This document shows, one piece after another, positions 13,150-24,675 of a stretch of 64,000 nt of DNA; position 1 is the stretch's first letter; each line of letters starts with the position of its first letter. The stretch spans positions 30,132,001 through 30,196,000 of the forward strand of contig JANJGN010000021.1 in assembly GCA_026770705.1 (NCBI GenBank), given 5' to 3'. The position numbers were made by a program, and so were the translations under genes. The notes beneath the pieces were generated by a model, which saw only the letters and a list, made by a program, of their open reading frames with translations, searched no databases and was not told where the DNA came from. This DNA comes from Isurus oxyrinchus. Taxonomy: Eukaryota.

Positions 13150-13341
13150 CTTCTGTTTTTCATCTTCATAGACTGCTTCATGCACACAGCAAGCAAACAG
13201 AGATGTAGGAATGTTGCTCAAATCCACACCCTGGGAATCCAAACTGTCATAGTTCTCAAAGATCAGACCTTCTTGATCATTGTCACAAAGGTTGGAGTGG
13301 TTTGAAGTCTCAGGCCAAAGCTGTGCACTCTCTCTTATCAT
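13150..13341 (-). CDS. RCAN3: RCAN3 (calcipressin-3, regulator of calcineurin 3), first coding exon
   Basis: MIRESAQLW...DQEGLIFENYDSLDSQGVDLSNIPTSLFACCVHEAVYEDEKQK matches the RCAN3 N-terminus (MLRDTMKSW...[25 protein letters not shown]). It ends at a phase-0 donor AAG|GTAAGT at 13150/13149. A strong acceptor ttttctctttttag sits at 13411. Later exons were not recognised in the window and presumably lie left of position 1. Confidence 0.93.
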
Positions 13342-14589
13342 TGTGTCACTGGCTGAATTGTTCTCATATAAAAACCCTTATTAAAAAGGCACCAAATTTA
13401 AAATACCCACCTAAAAAGAGAAAATACAACTTAGAGAAGAGTAAAAATTGTGACAAACCTTTTCCTACTTAAAACTGAAGGTGTTTTATACAACCCACTT
13501 ACACAAATAATTTTATATTAGAAACCAATTTTCTATCCAAGCCATTTCAAAAACAAAATCAAAAGTCAGACAAGACAGTATTCAAGGTAACCTAAATTCC
13601 AATATAGTTAAACACAGTGACAACATTATGTCTAAGTAACATTGTATTTGGAAGTGTCTTGGAAACAGATCAACATGTAGCAAGTTATGATAATTCTTTT
13701 AACATTCCTATTAAAATGGGTACACAACACAAAATCAAGAAATAGATTTTTCACATTCAAAATTCATACTTCAACCTAAGCATTTTATTTGATTGATTTT
13801 GGTCTAATAATGGCTGCAAACCTCTATTACAGCTCACCCCACTTGGGTCATGTAAAGATATTTTCTAAGATTAAAGCACATACTATTATGACAAACTCAT
13901 TCTCCCTCAGAGAAAGCACCTGGTCTCTACTGGAAGCTCATACTGAGATCAAAAATGCACAGGTTGTAGCACTCCATGGCAAAATGCATCAGTGCACTTG
14001 TATGATTCACAATCCACATGTCTCCAGGTAGCATCCTTTTTTTAAAAAAAACGTGAAAAATTAAACAAACTCTAAACCAATTAAAGCCAGGTAAAACTAT
14101 TCGGAACGATTAGTTATTGCAGCCCTGAAAAGGTCAACAGCTGTGCCGTGGACATTTGTTAACAGGAATTGTTGGATGCAGCCTTCAGATTGATGCAGAA
14201 GCTGTTGCACAATTCTTATATTGTGTTGTAGTTTGCATGACAGCAGTGTCTCTTTTGAGGATAACTCAAAACGGTTGGACCCATTTCTGGATCTTATCAG
14301 AACAGCAGATACAATCCTCAGAAACTAATTGAAATAACGGTTAAGATAAAAAAAAGTATTTTTAAAAGCAAACTACAAAAATGCTTTTTGCCCCATGTGC
14401 AGCATTTCAAATGCAATCTGTGTCAGAAATCATACATTAATTAAAACGTTTAAACTAAAAATTAGGGAGGGGAAAATAGGAGATACATTTTTTAGGACTA
14501 AACTCGACTGCCCATTCCTAACGATACTCTTCAATTAAATTAAACAAGGAACAGAAGGTATAAGGTTTCAAATTAATCCCCAGACAAAC

Positions 14590-14660
14590 CTGCAGCAGCT
14601 TCACTTGTTCCCACCCTCACGGCACCTTTCGCAGCTCTGGTTGCTAGCGAACAACCTAAC
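14590..14660 (-). other. RCAN3: Probable non-coding first exon of RCAN3
   Basis: Donor GCAG|GTTTGT at 14590/14589 on the minus strand, next to a promoter-like CpG-enriched segment. The TSS position is approximate. Confidence 0.55.
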
Positions 14661-14900
14661 GTGACTGGTGAGTTGATTGACATCAATTCCAACCAATCAA
14701 AGAGCGAAGAAGTTGGACGTCTTGTTGATGATGTCATTACGGGCGAATCAGGGCCCTGGGGTGGAGCAGGAAGTAGCAGGTTCGGATGAGAAGCAGCAGC
14801 AGCATTCTCTGCGTTGCCTGAACTGCTGCCCCGTGGTTCAGCCTTCTTTCCTGTCACTTTCTTTCCTTGGGCTGTGGTCCCGCGAAGTTCGAGCTGTTCC
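14630..14900. promoter_or_regulatory. Candidate RCAN3 promoter, possibly bidirectional
   Basis: Local CpG enrichment; X-box-like GTTGCTAGCGAAC (~14640), CCAAT (~14693), CRE/ATF-like TGATGTCA (~14729), ETS CAGGAAGT (~14767). Confidence 0.55.
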
Positions 14901-15014
14901 CTTATGTTGTGATGGCCTCCACTGAAAATATGTGCAATGATTGCATTTCTCCTTCAGTGTGAAACATTTGCATGGTTACCGAGTTGCTGCGCAACATGAA
15001 CAAACGTTGAAGTC

Positions 15015-15660
15015 TGGCACAATGGTAGCACTTTTTTCTGAATCAACAGGTTGGGAGTTCAGGACTTGAGCACATCATGTAGGCCTGATTTTTTTTATTA
15101 TTCAGCCATGGGATGTGGGCTTCACTGGCTGGGCCAGCATTCATTGGTGAGCTGCCTTCTTGAACCACTGCAGTCCCCATGTGGTATAGGTACACCCAAT
15201 GTACTGTTCCTTTTTTGTGACTTTCTGGCCATTGATTACAACTGAGTGGCTTGTTAGGTCATTTCAGAGGGCAGAGCCAACCACATTGCTGTGGGTCTGG
15301 GGTCACATGTAGGACGACAGATTTCCTTCCCAGAGGGGCTATTACAACAATTGATAATGGTTTCATGGTCATCCTTAATATTTTAATTCCAGATTTTAAT
15401 TAATTCCAATACCACCATCTGCCGTTGCGAGATTCGAACCCCGGTCCCCAGAGCATAACCCTGGGCCTCCAGATTATTAGCCCAGTGACAATACAACTGC
15501 GCCTCCCCTGACACTCCAAATAATGCAGCCTTGAGTGCTTGAGGTACCATATATCAGATGAGATGTTAGATTGAGTTGCTACCTGTCTCTCAAGTGCATT
15601 TGAAATATTCCATAAATGAAAGACTATCGGCTTTAGCAACAGAAAACATGGAAGCTGGGC
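15015..15660 (+). mobile_element. Old tRNA-derived SINE (DeuSINE-like), interrupted by the 15089-15506 insertion
   Basis: Head tggcacaatggtagcac...ggacttgagcacatcatgtagg|ctgacactcc...cagatgagatgttag resumes after the insertion. A similar body lies at about 54590-54710. Confidence 0.6.
15089..15506 (-). mobile_element. Bipartite SINE-like internal-deletion derivative of LINE family B
   Basis: B-box GGTTCGAATC (15431-15440). The body matches 1078-1310 and the other end matches the family-B 3' end (16160-16290). Flanked by cctga direct repeats (15084-88 and 15507-11). Confidence 0.85.
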
Positions 15661-16159
15661 CAATTTAATCAGGGGAGACCCCGCATCAGTCCCTTGTCAG
15701 CAAGAGGACATTCCCTAATTAAGTTGGAGGGTGGGAGGGGCTGATGTGGGATTCCTGGCTATTGATGGTGGGATGTCAATTAGGCTCATTAGTAATCATA
15801 TTGGCACCCATTATCCCAGAGAGTACCACAATTTAGTGGTACCTCAAGGATTTAACAGGAGCCTTATGATTTTTCCGCACACTCGGAAGGCCACTCTGCT
15901 ACCCTACCAGGCCTTCCAGGAGGTCTCTCTTTATCAGTCACTCAGTGCCTGATCAGGGTACCCAGAATTGGGGACTGCTGAAAGCCTCTCTTAAGCCCTT
16001 GTCTCCGACTCCCCTGTCCTCCTGTCTTGCAACCTCAAGTCTATTCTCACTCACTTTTGTACTGGGGTCCCACAACGTTCCTGGGCTGGCAGCTCTTGGC
16101 GAGCAGGTCTTCTGCTGCTGGAGACCTCAATCATGGGGGAGGCCTGACAGTGGCCATTT

Positions 16160-17842
16160 TTAAAATTCATTTACAGGATGTGGCTAGTCCAGCATTTATT
16201 GCCCATCCCTAATTGCCCTTAAGAAGGTAATGGTGAGCTGCCTTCTTGAACTGCTACAGTCCCTGTGGTATAGGTACACCCACAGTGCTGTTAGGGAGGG
16301 AATTCCAGAATTTTAACTCAGTGACAGTGAAGGAACTGAGATATATTTCCAAGTCAGGATGGTGAATGACTTGGAGGGAAACTTGCAGGTGCCTTCTTGA
16401 GGTATCTGCTGTCCTAGTATTTCTAGATGGTAGTGGTCGTGGGTTTGGAAGGTACTACCTAAGGAGCCTTGGTGAGTTTCCGCAGTGCATCTCGCAGATC
16501 GTACACACTTTTGCCACTGTTTGGTGGTGGTGGTGGAGGGAGTGAATGTTTGTGCATGTGGTGCCAATCAAGCAGGCTGCTTTGCGCTGGAGGGTGTCAA
16601 GCTTCTTGAGTGTCGTGGGAGTGCACTCATCCAGGCAAATGGGGAGGATTCCATTACACTCCTGACTTGTGCCTTGTAGACGGTGGACAGGTTTCGGGAA
16701 TTCAGAGATAAGTTACTCATCGCAGGATTCCTAGCCTCTGACCTGCTCTTGTAGCCACAGTATATAAATGTCTAGTCCAGTTCAGTTTCTAGTCAATGTA
16801 ACCTCCAGGATGTTGATTGGGGGTGTGGGTGGATTCAGCGATGGTAATGCCATTGAGTGTCAAGGGGCAATGGTTAGATTTTCTCTTGTTGGAGATGGTC
16901 ATTGCCTGGCACTTGTGTGGCATGAATGTTACATGCCACTTGTCAGTCCAAGCCTGGATATTGACCAGGTCTTGCTGCATTTGGACATGGACTGCTTCAG
17001 TATCTGAGGAGTTGCTAATGATACTAAACATTGTGCAATCATCAGTGAATGTCCCCACTTCTGACCAAATGATGAAAGGAAGGTCATTGATGAAGCAACT
17101 GAAGATGGTTGGGCCTAGGACATTACTCCTGCAATGATGTCCTGGAGCTGAGATGATTGACCTCTAATAACCACAACTATCTTCCTTTGTGCTAAGTATG
17201 ACTCCAACCAGTGGAGAGTTTTCCCCCGATTCCCATTGACTTCAGTTTTGCTAGGGCTCCTTGGTGCCAAGTGCTGTCATTCACACCTCACCTCTGGAGT
17301 TCAGCTCTTTTGTCCATGTTTGAACCAGGGCTGTAATGTGGTCAGAAGCTGAGTGACCTTCGTGGGACCCAAACTGGGCATCAATGAGCAAGTTATTGCT
17401 ATGCAAGTGCCGCTTGATAGCACCATTGATGGCCCCTTCCATCACTTTACTGATGATGGAGAGTAGACTGATGGGGTGGTAATTGGCTGGGTTGGATTTG
17501 TCCAGCTTTTTGTGTACAGGACACACCTGGGCAATTTTCCATATAGCTGGTAGATGCCAATGTTGTAGCCGGACAGGAACAGCTTGGCTAGGAGCGCAGC
17601 AAGTTACGGAACACAGTCTTCAGTACTATTGCTGGAATATTGTCAGGGCCCTTAGCCTTTGCACTATCTAGTGCCTTCAGCTGTGGAGTGAATCAAATTA
17701 GTTGAAGACTGGCATCTATGATGCTGGGGACCTCCAGAAGAGGCCGAGGTCGATCATCCACTTGACACTTCTGGCTGAAGATTTTTACGAGCACTTCAGG
17801 CTTATGTTTTGCATTGATGTGCTGGCTTCTTCACCACTGAGG
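16160..17842 (-). mobile_element. LINE family B, RT domain and 3' end (decayed)
   Basis: CPVHKKLDKSNPANYHPISLLSIISKVMEG...AQFG; GTFTDDCTMFS...QQDLVNIQAWTDKWHVTF (ORFs 17281-17526, 16789-17058). Confidence 0.92.
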
Positions 17843-18019
17843 CCTAAGGGCTCTGGATTCTGTCAGGCCTCCCCTACAGAACTGATTAGGTTCCCCCCTG
17901 GCCCCACAAAATCCAACTTGTATTTATACAGCACCTTTCACAATCTCAGGGTGTCCACTTACGGCCAATTAGCTACTTTAGAAGCATGGTCACCTTTTTT
18001 TTGAGCATATCTTCGCACA

Positions 18020-18345
18020 CACTTCTCCCTTTGGGGAATAGTGGGGCTGTGTTGAAAGGATTCCTGGGCTGATCATCAGCCGTCAAGACATGTCATGAAT
18101 GTTCCCTTTGTGGCTGGCACCGGACTTGCACCCAGAGGTAGGGACACTACCATTGTGCCACAGGATCTTTGGTCACTGTTGGCAATATAGAAAATGTAGC
18201 AGCCACTACACCCACAGCAAAATCTCACAAATAGCAGTGAAATAAATGTTGGTCGAGGATAAATGTTGAGCAGGAGACAAGGAAAACTCCCTTCATCAGA
18301 GAGTGCCAAAGAATCTTCTATATTTAGCTGAAAGGACAGATAAAA
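18020..18345 (-). mobile_element. Decayed tRNA-derived SINE fragments
   Basis: Minus-strand head tgtggcacaatggtagtgtccctacctctg near 18160; Deu-like body at 18170-18345. Confidence 0.5.
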
Positions 18346-18408
18346 CCTAAATCTAGCATTCTTATTTTGGGATTTCTCAACAGCCAGTGCTGAAAGGGTT
18401 AGTACAGT

Positions 18409-18417
18409 GGGCGTGGC
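18409..18417 (+). promoter_or_regulatory. GC/KLF box upstream of the TMEM54-family distal first exon
   Basis: GGGCGTGGC about 120 bp upstream of ATG 18533. Confidence 0.4.
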
Positions 18418-18532
18418 TTGACTGCATTCCCTGGAATTAATGTGGCTCCGAAATGCAATGGATTTTTTATTCGGCATTGAAGAAAGGAGCCGGTAATCAA
18501 TTGAAGTGAAACACAGGAGCTTGTGATTGAAG

Positions 18533-18545
18533 ATGTGCAGAATAG
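18533..18545 (+). CDS. TMEM54: TMEM54/KRTCAP3-family gene, distal first coding exon (MCRI-)
   Basis: gaagATG TGC AGA ATA G|gtaagg. The phase-1 donor fits the acceptor phase at 36881, giving MCRIDNLLDRKQLMKVG. This resembles the mammalian TMEM54 start MCLRLG. Confidence 0.65.
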
Positions 18546-19489
18546 GTAAGGTTCCTTTCGGGCGTTCGTGAGCGTTCATTAAAAAGGGAATTAAGGAAGT
18601 GAGGGAAGCAAGTGTCAGAAAGTTTTCTAAACCAGCAGGCAAAGTGGAGGATCCAACAAAGCAAATGTTCAGTCGGAACAGCTAAACATGCAACCAACGC
18701 CCTTAGCTCCAAAAGAGCGAAGAGGTCTGCAACTTGGTTAAATCTGATCTTTTCTTCGTTGTACTCTATGTACAAATGCGCAGTTAGATTTCCAAAATCC
18801 CTGGCGGAAAAATGTGCTGCACAGTGATCCACGAGGACATTACCCTAAACAAATAAACTCCATGCAGCCAAAGCACGCTGATCTCACCAGAGTTAGAACA
18901 CTGCAGCACGTTACTGCTCAGCACCAAATGTTGGTTAAATGTATGGCCTTTTGGTGAATCTAATACTCCCACTATCTTTATGTAAGGTATAGTTTTTGTT
19001 ATCATCTATATTTTTGCGTTCAGATTCAGATGGACAATGTTAATGATTATATGACAGATTGACTAAACTATTCCTCAAGTCTGATTTGCCAATACACCTT
19101 ACTGCAGGAATGAGGATTGCACTCAGCAGGTTCAAAATTAACCAAAGATGTTTTAAATATATGCTATCTGGCAAGAACCTTGTGCCTTTTTGCTGTTTGC
19201 AACTAACATTTATTTTCTCAGGCTACACTCAGATCATGCCCACAGCAGGCAGTACTTTTTAGTATATTGGCTGTACTTTCTAGCCAAAGGGTGGAAAGCA
19301 ATATCAAGTCAAGGCACATCATCCAGTAGACATTTGGAGCCAGATAGCGAGGTGGTGCTCATTGTAAATGGGCTGCATTAATGATAAGCTATTTCAGCAG
19401 CAAAACCAAAGGTAAACGTATGGGTTAATTTGTCAAACGCACTAACATAACACAGGAAAATATTAAATAAATTTAAGGCTACTCAAATA

Positions 19490-20460
19490 ACAACAACTTG
19501 CCTTTATATAGCATCTTTAACATAAAACACCCCAAGGTGCTTCACAGGAGCATTATAAAGTAAATAAAGATACTGAGTGACATAAGGAGATACCAAGTCA
19601 GATGACCAAAAGCTTGGTCAAAGTGGTAGATTTTAAAGGAGGAAAGCAAGGTTGGAAGGTGGAGAGAGAAGATATAGCGTGGTATTTAATGGAGATGAAG
19701 GGGGTCTCCCTGCTGCTTGAAGATGCCAGTAGAAGCCCCGTGTCACTCCTTTAAAGGAAGGTCCTTGGAATTAAGAGCCACTTGACTGGGGGGGCTTTCC
19801 CTGGGATCAAGGATCCTACGGAGAAATGTGGGTCATCTCCCAATGTGGTTCCTCGATCAAAGGCACTCAGAGTTTGATCACGAGACCTGACCTTGGGAAG
19901 GGGGCACCCGCTGATAGTACCCCCGCTGCCCTTGCTGCTGACTCCCATCTCCTGTGACCCCAGCCCCTCGATTCCCTCCCAGGTTACATGGTGGGAGGGA
20001 GATTGTGGGTTGGGATCACAGGAGATGGGAATCAGCGGCAAGGTTGGCGGGGGTGGCTCTCAGCGGGTGCCCCCTTCCCAGTGTCAGGTTCCTTGATTTA
20101 GACACTGAGTTCCTTTGAATGAGGGACCACCCTGGGACCTGGCAAGCAACACCTCATGAGTTTCCTTGTTGTGCTTCCCGCATGTCATGACATTGGGTTA
20201 ATATCAGTGGCGCGCAGGATGAGGCTCTTAAATGGCATTAATTGCCCATCCACAGGCTGTCCCACCACAGACTTAATGAGGATGGAGGTGAGAAGGCGGT
20301 GGACCCATCACTAAACTTGCAACAGGGGAGGGCATTAAATTCCACCCATAAGGAAGGAATTTCAGAACTAAGGGGCTAGGCAACAGAAGACATGGCCATC
20401 AGTGGTCGAATGATTTATATTGGGGATGCTCAAGAGGTCACTATTAGCTGAGTGCAGATA
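19490..20460 (-). mobile_element. L2-type LINE 3' fragment interrupted by a MITE
   Basis: caacaacttgcctttatatagcatctttaac... end shared with 24258, 26910 and 43130 copies; resumes after 20350. Confidence 0.65.
19677..20347. mobile_element. MITE (Harbinger-like) with internal inverted repeat
   Basis: Imperfect TIRs gcgtggtatttaat / attaaattccaccc, flanked by 3-bp ATA duplications (19674-76 and 20348-50). Internal IR about 19925-19965 versus 20007-20053. Confidence 0.65.
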
Positions 20461-21797
20461 TCTGGAAGTAAAGTAACCTTTATTTGAATGTAAAGCTCCA
20501 GTCTGCTGGATCATATATACCTTTGTTATTTGTGACAACTTACCATTGTGTGACCCAAGCCATACACTTGCTCTTGATTTAGAAAGAAATTCAACAGTTT
20601 TTTTTTCATATTTGCATTTTATTTAAAGTTCTTTTTGCAAATATCAATCAAATCAGTTTCAAACAGTTAATGCAGCCTCTGTTTTGCAAATGATTGGTTA
20701 GCGTTTCATGGAATAGCTTAGGGAAGAATAAAAATCAATTAATTGGTGAACTGGAATTTCATATTCATTTATACTTTGAAATAATTGCTGTTATAGGAAG
20801 AGAACCTGAGCTCAAAGTAACACAACTTTCTGGTCGTGAAATTTGACTTCCAGTAGGGCTTAACATCTGTAATTGTCAGTAGGGTACAATAGATGGGAAG
20901 TTTCTTTATAAAGCTTCAAAGAAATTTGAATTTTCCTTTCTAGAACTAAATATGTTTTAAAGAAATGATTAGATCCTCAAGTAAAGTATGTAAGTATTTT
21001 GCACATCGACACAATGTTTACAATGTGTTTATGCAAAGGGGAAGAATGAGCAATATTCTATTATTCCTTCTGCTAAGAGCTATTTCATCCTTGCACACCC
21101 TGTTTGGCCCTCATGTAAACTTCAATATACTTATAGTGGTAATTTGGTTTAGGTACTGATGGGTCCATAAGGATGGTCTTTGCTATTTTTAGTAGTTTAC
21201 TGCAAAAACAAAGTTTGTGCAACATGTGTAGTACAAACACGTTATTTTTCATTCTTCAGAGAAAATGTACAGCGTTAGAAGACCTAAACCCAAGGGTGCC
21301 TTGCTCCATTTAAGTACTATTTCATTTCATTGACATAAGAGAATTACAAAAAGGAAAAGACTTACTGCTCTATCCAGTCTGTTGCACAGAATTATGATAC
21401 CCCTACTGCATCACGTCCACTCTCCAGAGCCAAAAATCCCCTGGCAAACAGGGGTCTATCTCAGCTGTCCTGTACAATGTGCTCTACCCTATTTTTCAGG
21501 ACCTTTAGATTATTTTAGTTGCATCATTGTCCAGTTTCATGATTCTGTTATAACAATCATGATATTATCTGTTGTCCTACAGCACATTGTCATATTTTGA
21601 CCTCTTTAGAGTTGAATTTTGTTCAGTCAAATAAAATTGTTTAAATCAATGATTTGTTTAATGGATTTTTGCTGAAAAAAGAGACATGTCTAAACTTTTC
21701 ATCTTGCACTCACTAGGACACTCACAAGAATGCCGTTATAAGGGGGAAAGCAACAATTTATACTGTATGTGAATTCACCATTTCCCTTCCTCCCTTC

Positions 21798-22863
21798 TTG
21801 AAGCAGAGGGTGATGGTCAAGGGGTGTTTTTGTGACTGGTTGCCTGTGTCCAGTGGGGTTCCACAGGGATTGGTGTTGGGTCCCTTGCTGTTTGTGATAT
21901 ATATAAACAATTTAGACTTGAATGTAGGAGAGTTGATCAGTAAGTTCGCGAATGACACGAAAATTGGTGGGGTGGTAAATAGTGAGGAGGATAGCCTTAA
22001 ATTACAGGAGGATATAGACAGGCTGGTCAGATGGGCTGATCAGTGGCAAATGGAATTTAATCCAGATAAGTGTGAGTGATGCACTCAGTCAGGACAAACA
22101 AGGCAAGGGAATACACGATGAATGGTAGGACCTTGGGAAGTACCGAGGATCAGTATATGTCCACCAGTCCCTTAAGGTAGCTGGACAGATAGATAAGGTC
22201 ATTAAGAAGGCATATGGGATACTTGCCTTTATTAGCTGAGGCATAGAATATAAGAGCAGGAAGGTTATGCTGGAACTGTATAAAATGCTAGTTAGGCCAC
22301 AGCGAGAGTATTGCGTGCAGTTCTGGAATCTGCATTATAGGAAGGATGTGTTTGCACTAGAGAGAGTGCAGAGGAGATTTACCAGGATGTTGCCTGGGCT
22401 GGAGAGTTTTAGTTATGAGGAGAGATTGGATAGACTCGGGTTATTTTCCCTGGAGCAGAGGAAGGTTAAGCGGGGACATGATTGAGGTGTATAAAATTAT
22501 GAGGGGACATGGATAAGGTAGACAGGAAGGAACTTTTCCCCTTGGTGGAGGGATCAATAACTAGGGTTTAAAGATTTAAGGTAAGGGGCAGGAGGTTTAG
22601 TGGGGATGTGAGGAAGAATTTTTTCACCCAGAGGGTGGTAGGAATCTGAAACTCACTGCCTGGAAGGGTGGTAGAGGTAGAAACCCTCATAACATTTAAG
22701 AAGCATTTGGATGTGCACTTGCTTTGCAATGGCATTCAAGGCTATGGGGCCTAGTGCTGGAAAATGGGATTAGAATAGTTAGGAACTTGTTTGACTGGCG
22801 TAGACTCGATGGGCCGAAAGGCTTTTTACTGTGCTATAGACCTCTCTGACTATGACTCTATGA
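21798..22863 (+). mobile_element. CR1 LINE, 5'-truncated RT region and 3' tail
   Basis: KQRVMVKG...SGVPQGLVLGPLLFVIYINNL...KFANDTKIGG...WQMEFNPDKCE; LYKMLVRPQREYCVQFW; tail gactatgactctatgac. Confidence 0.95.
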
Positions 22864-22955
22864 CCATCAGGGGTGCATGCTCCATGGCAACACCACTTGG
22901 CAGCTTCACATACTGTATAAATTGTTGTTTTCCCCTTATATTGGTATTCTTGCGG

Positions 22956-22991
22956 ATGTCCTGATGAGTGCAAGATGAAAAGCTTAGACAT
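22956..22991 (+). ncRNA. Minimal type-I hammerhead ribozyme motif
   Basis: atgtc-CTGATGA-gt gcaag at-GAAA-AGCTT-A-gacat: stem I atgtc/gacat, intact core, palindromic AAGCTT stem III, UUA cleavage triplet. Confidence 0.7.
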
Positions 22992-24011
22992 GTCTCTCTT
23001 TTTTCCAGCAATGCTCAAGTTCTATGCTGCCAAATGGCCATTGGATTATTGTTATTGAGACTGTTTCTAAGTGGTAGAACTCAGACATTGTCACAGCCTC
23101 AATAATTAGCAAATACATAATGGACAGTCATAAAAAGAATTCCTATCCAGGGATGAATAGTTATTAAGAGATAGAAATAATAGAATATTCCTAATTATCT
23201 TCTTTCACCCTTTACACAAACATCTAAAATCCTTTATAGTACAGTATAGTATATACGTACAGAAAATTTCTTGCCTCTGAAGCTTTATGCCATAAGGTTT
23301 AGTCCCCTTTGTCATTTACTAGCTTACCTGGGAAACATAGTCAGACTGTGGACTCAGGCTGTTTAGTCTGACCATCCAGTCTGACTATGTGTGAAATGCT
23401 GAAAGGCTGGTTTGAGAAAGGAAAAGTTCTAATGCAATGTGTCAGGCTGGACGACAGTGTGAATTTTTTTAGTGTTCTCCAAGGACAGAATAATAATCAT
23501 AATCGGGATCAGTGCAGAAGAATCAATTCCCTTTCTTAATTAGTTAGATTTTTAAAGATATTTTGCTTTTATTTGTTGTGCTTGGAGGATGGGGCAATCT
23601 GGGCTCAACATTTTGCCAGCAGAGGTTCAACTGAAGCAAGATCAGGGCTATATTTCTGTCCTCCGCCTTAATTCTACTTGGGACTCCATGTGTTAGTTTA
23701 ACAGAAAATAGGCAATGTTCAATGAGTGCCTAAGAAAGTATGAAAAACTAACAGTAGAATCATCACTATGATGATAACTGATTTACTGCTGTATCGGTAT
23801 CCAGGGAAAGTGTATTTGCAACTATTCAAAGTATGAACTTTATTCAAAGGTATAGAAGTCTGGGATTTTGCAAGCAAATTTCTTTTGTTGATGTATTATT
23901 GTGATTGGGTTTAGATTTTAGGTATATTTTTTTCAATTACCTAAGAATTCTGACTAAAGCTATTTCATAAAGTTGTGCTATCAAATCCTAACCCACTATA
24001 ATAGTACACTT

Positions 24012-24100
24012 TGAAGGGTCATGAGGACTCGAAACGTCAACTCTTTTCTTCTCCGCCGATGCTGCCAGACCTGCTGAGTTTTTCCAGGTAATTCTGTTTT
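24012..24100 (+). mobile_element. Short Penelope-type element with a truncated hammerhead-like motif and 15-bp TSD
   Basis: Flanked by tataatagtacactt (23997-24011 and 24101-24115); nearly identical to the reverse complement of 52213-52301. Confidence 0.85.
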
Positions 24101-24254
24101 TATAATAGTACACTTGCTTATTTTCATGGGGTAAGTTTTACCAGTTCTTATACCCATTTCTAAATGAAACTTAATGTAGCATAACTCAATTTTAAGGAAC
24201 AGAAGGGGAAAAAGTGATTGCATTCAACCTGTCTTGCAGAAGTCAGACAGGAAC

Positions 24255-24675
24255 AACAGCAACTTATATTCAATAATGCCTTTAACATAATAAAACGTCC
24301 CAGTCCACTTTACAGGTGTATAATAAAGCAAAGTATGACACTGAACCACATGAGATGACCAAATGCTTGTTCAAAGACATAGGATTTAAGGAATGTCATA
24401 AAGGACGAAACCAAGGTAGCGAGGCAGATGGGCGTGGGGAGGGAAGTGCAGAGCTTAGGTCCTAGGCAATGGAAGGCACGGTCATCATTGGTGGAGTGAC
24501 TCAAGTTGGAGAGACCAGAATTAGACGAGCAGAAAGATCTCGGAGGATTGTGGGGCTGGAGGAGATAACAGAGACAAGGGAGTGTGAGGCCGAGGAGGGA
24601 TTTGAAAACAATTATGAAAATTTTGAAATTATGATATTACTTGACGCGGAGCCAAAGTGGATCAGTGATAACACT
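24255..24675 (-). mobile_element. L2-type LINE 3' fragment
   Basis: RAFHCLGPKLCTSLP...SSFMTFLKSYVFEQAF (ORF 24310-24504), the typical L2 ORF2 C-terminus. Confidence 0.75.

Larger units (their letters stand above)
21668..23012. repeat. Penelope-type inverted-repeat element (arms about 21668-21773 and 22904-23012), split by a CR1 insertion
   Basis: About 105-bp arms that are reverse complements of each other (agagacatgtctaaacttttcatcttgcactca... / ...tgagtgcaagatgaaaagcttagacatgtctct). Confidence 0.8.

Noticed and set aside
18076-18832. Long minus-strand ORFs (188 aa and 111 aa)
   Set aside because: No recognisable domain; they overlap SINE remnants and the plus-strand first exon region, so they are probably chance ORFs.
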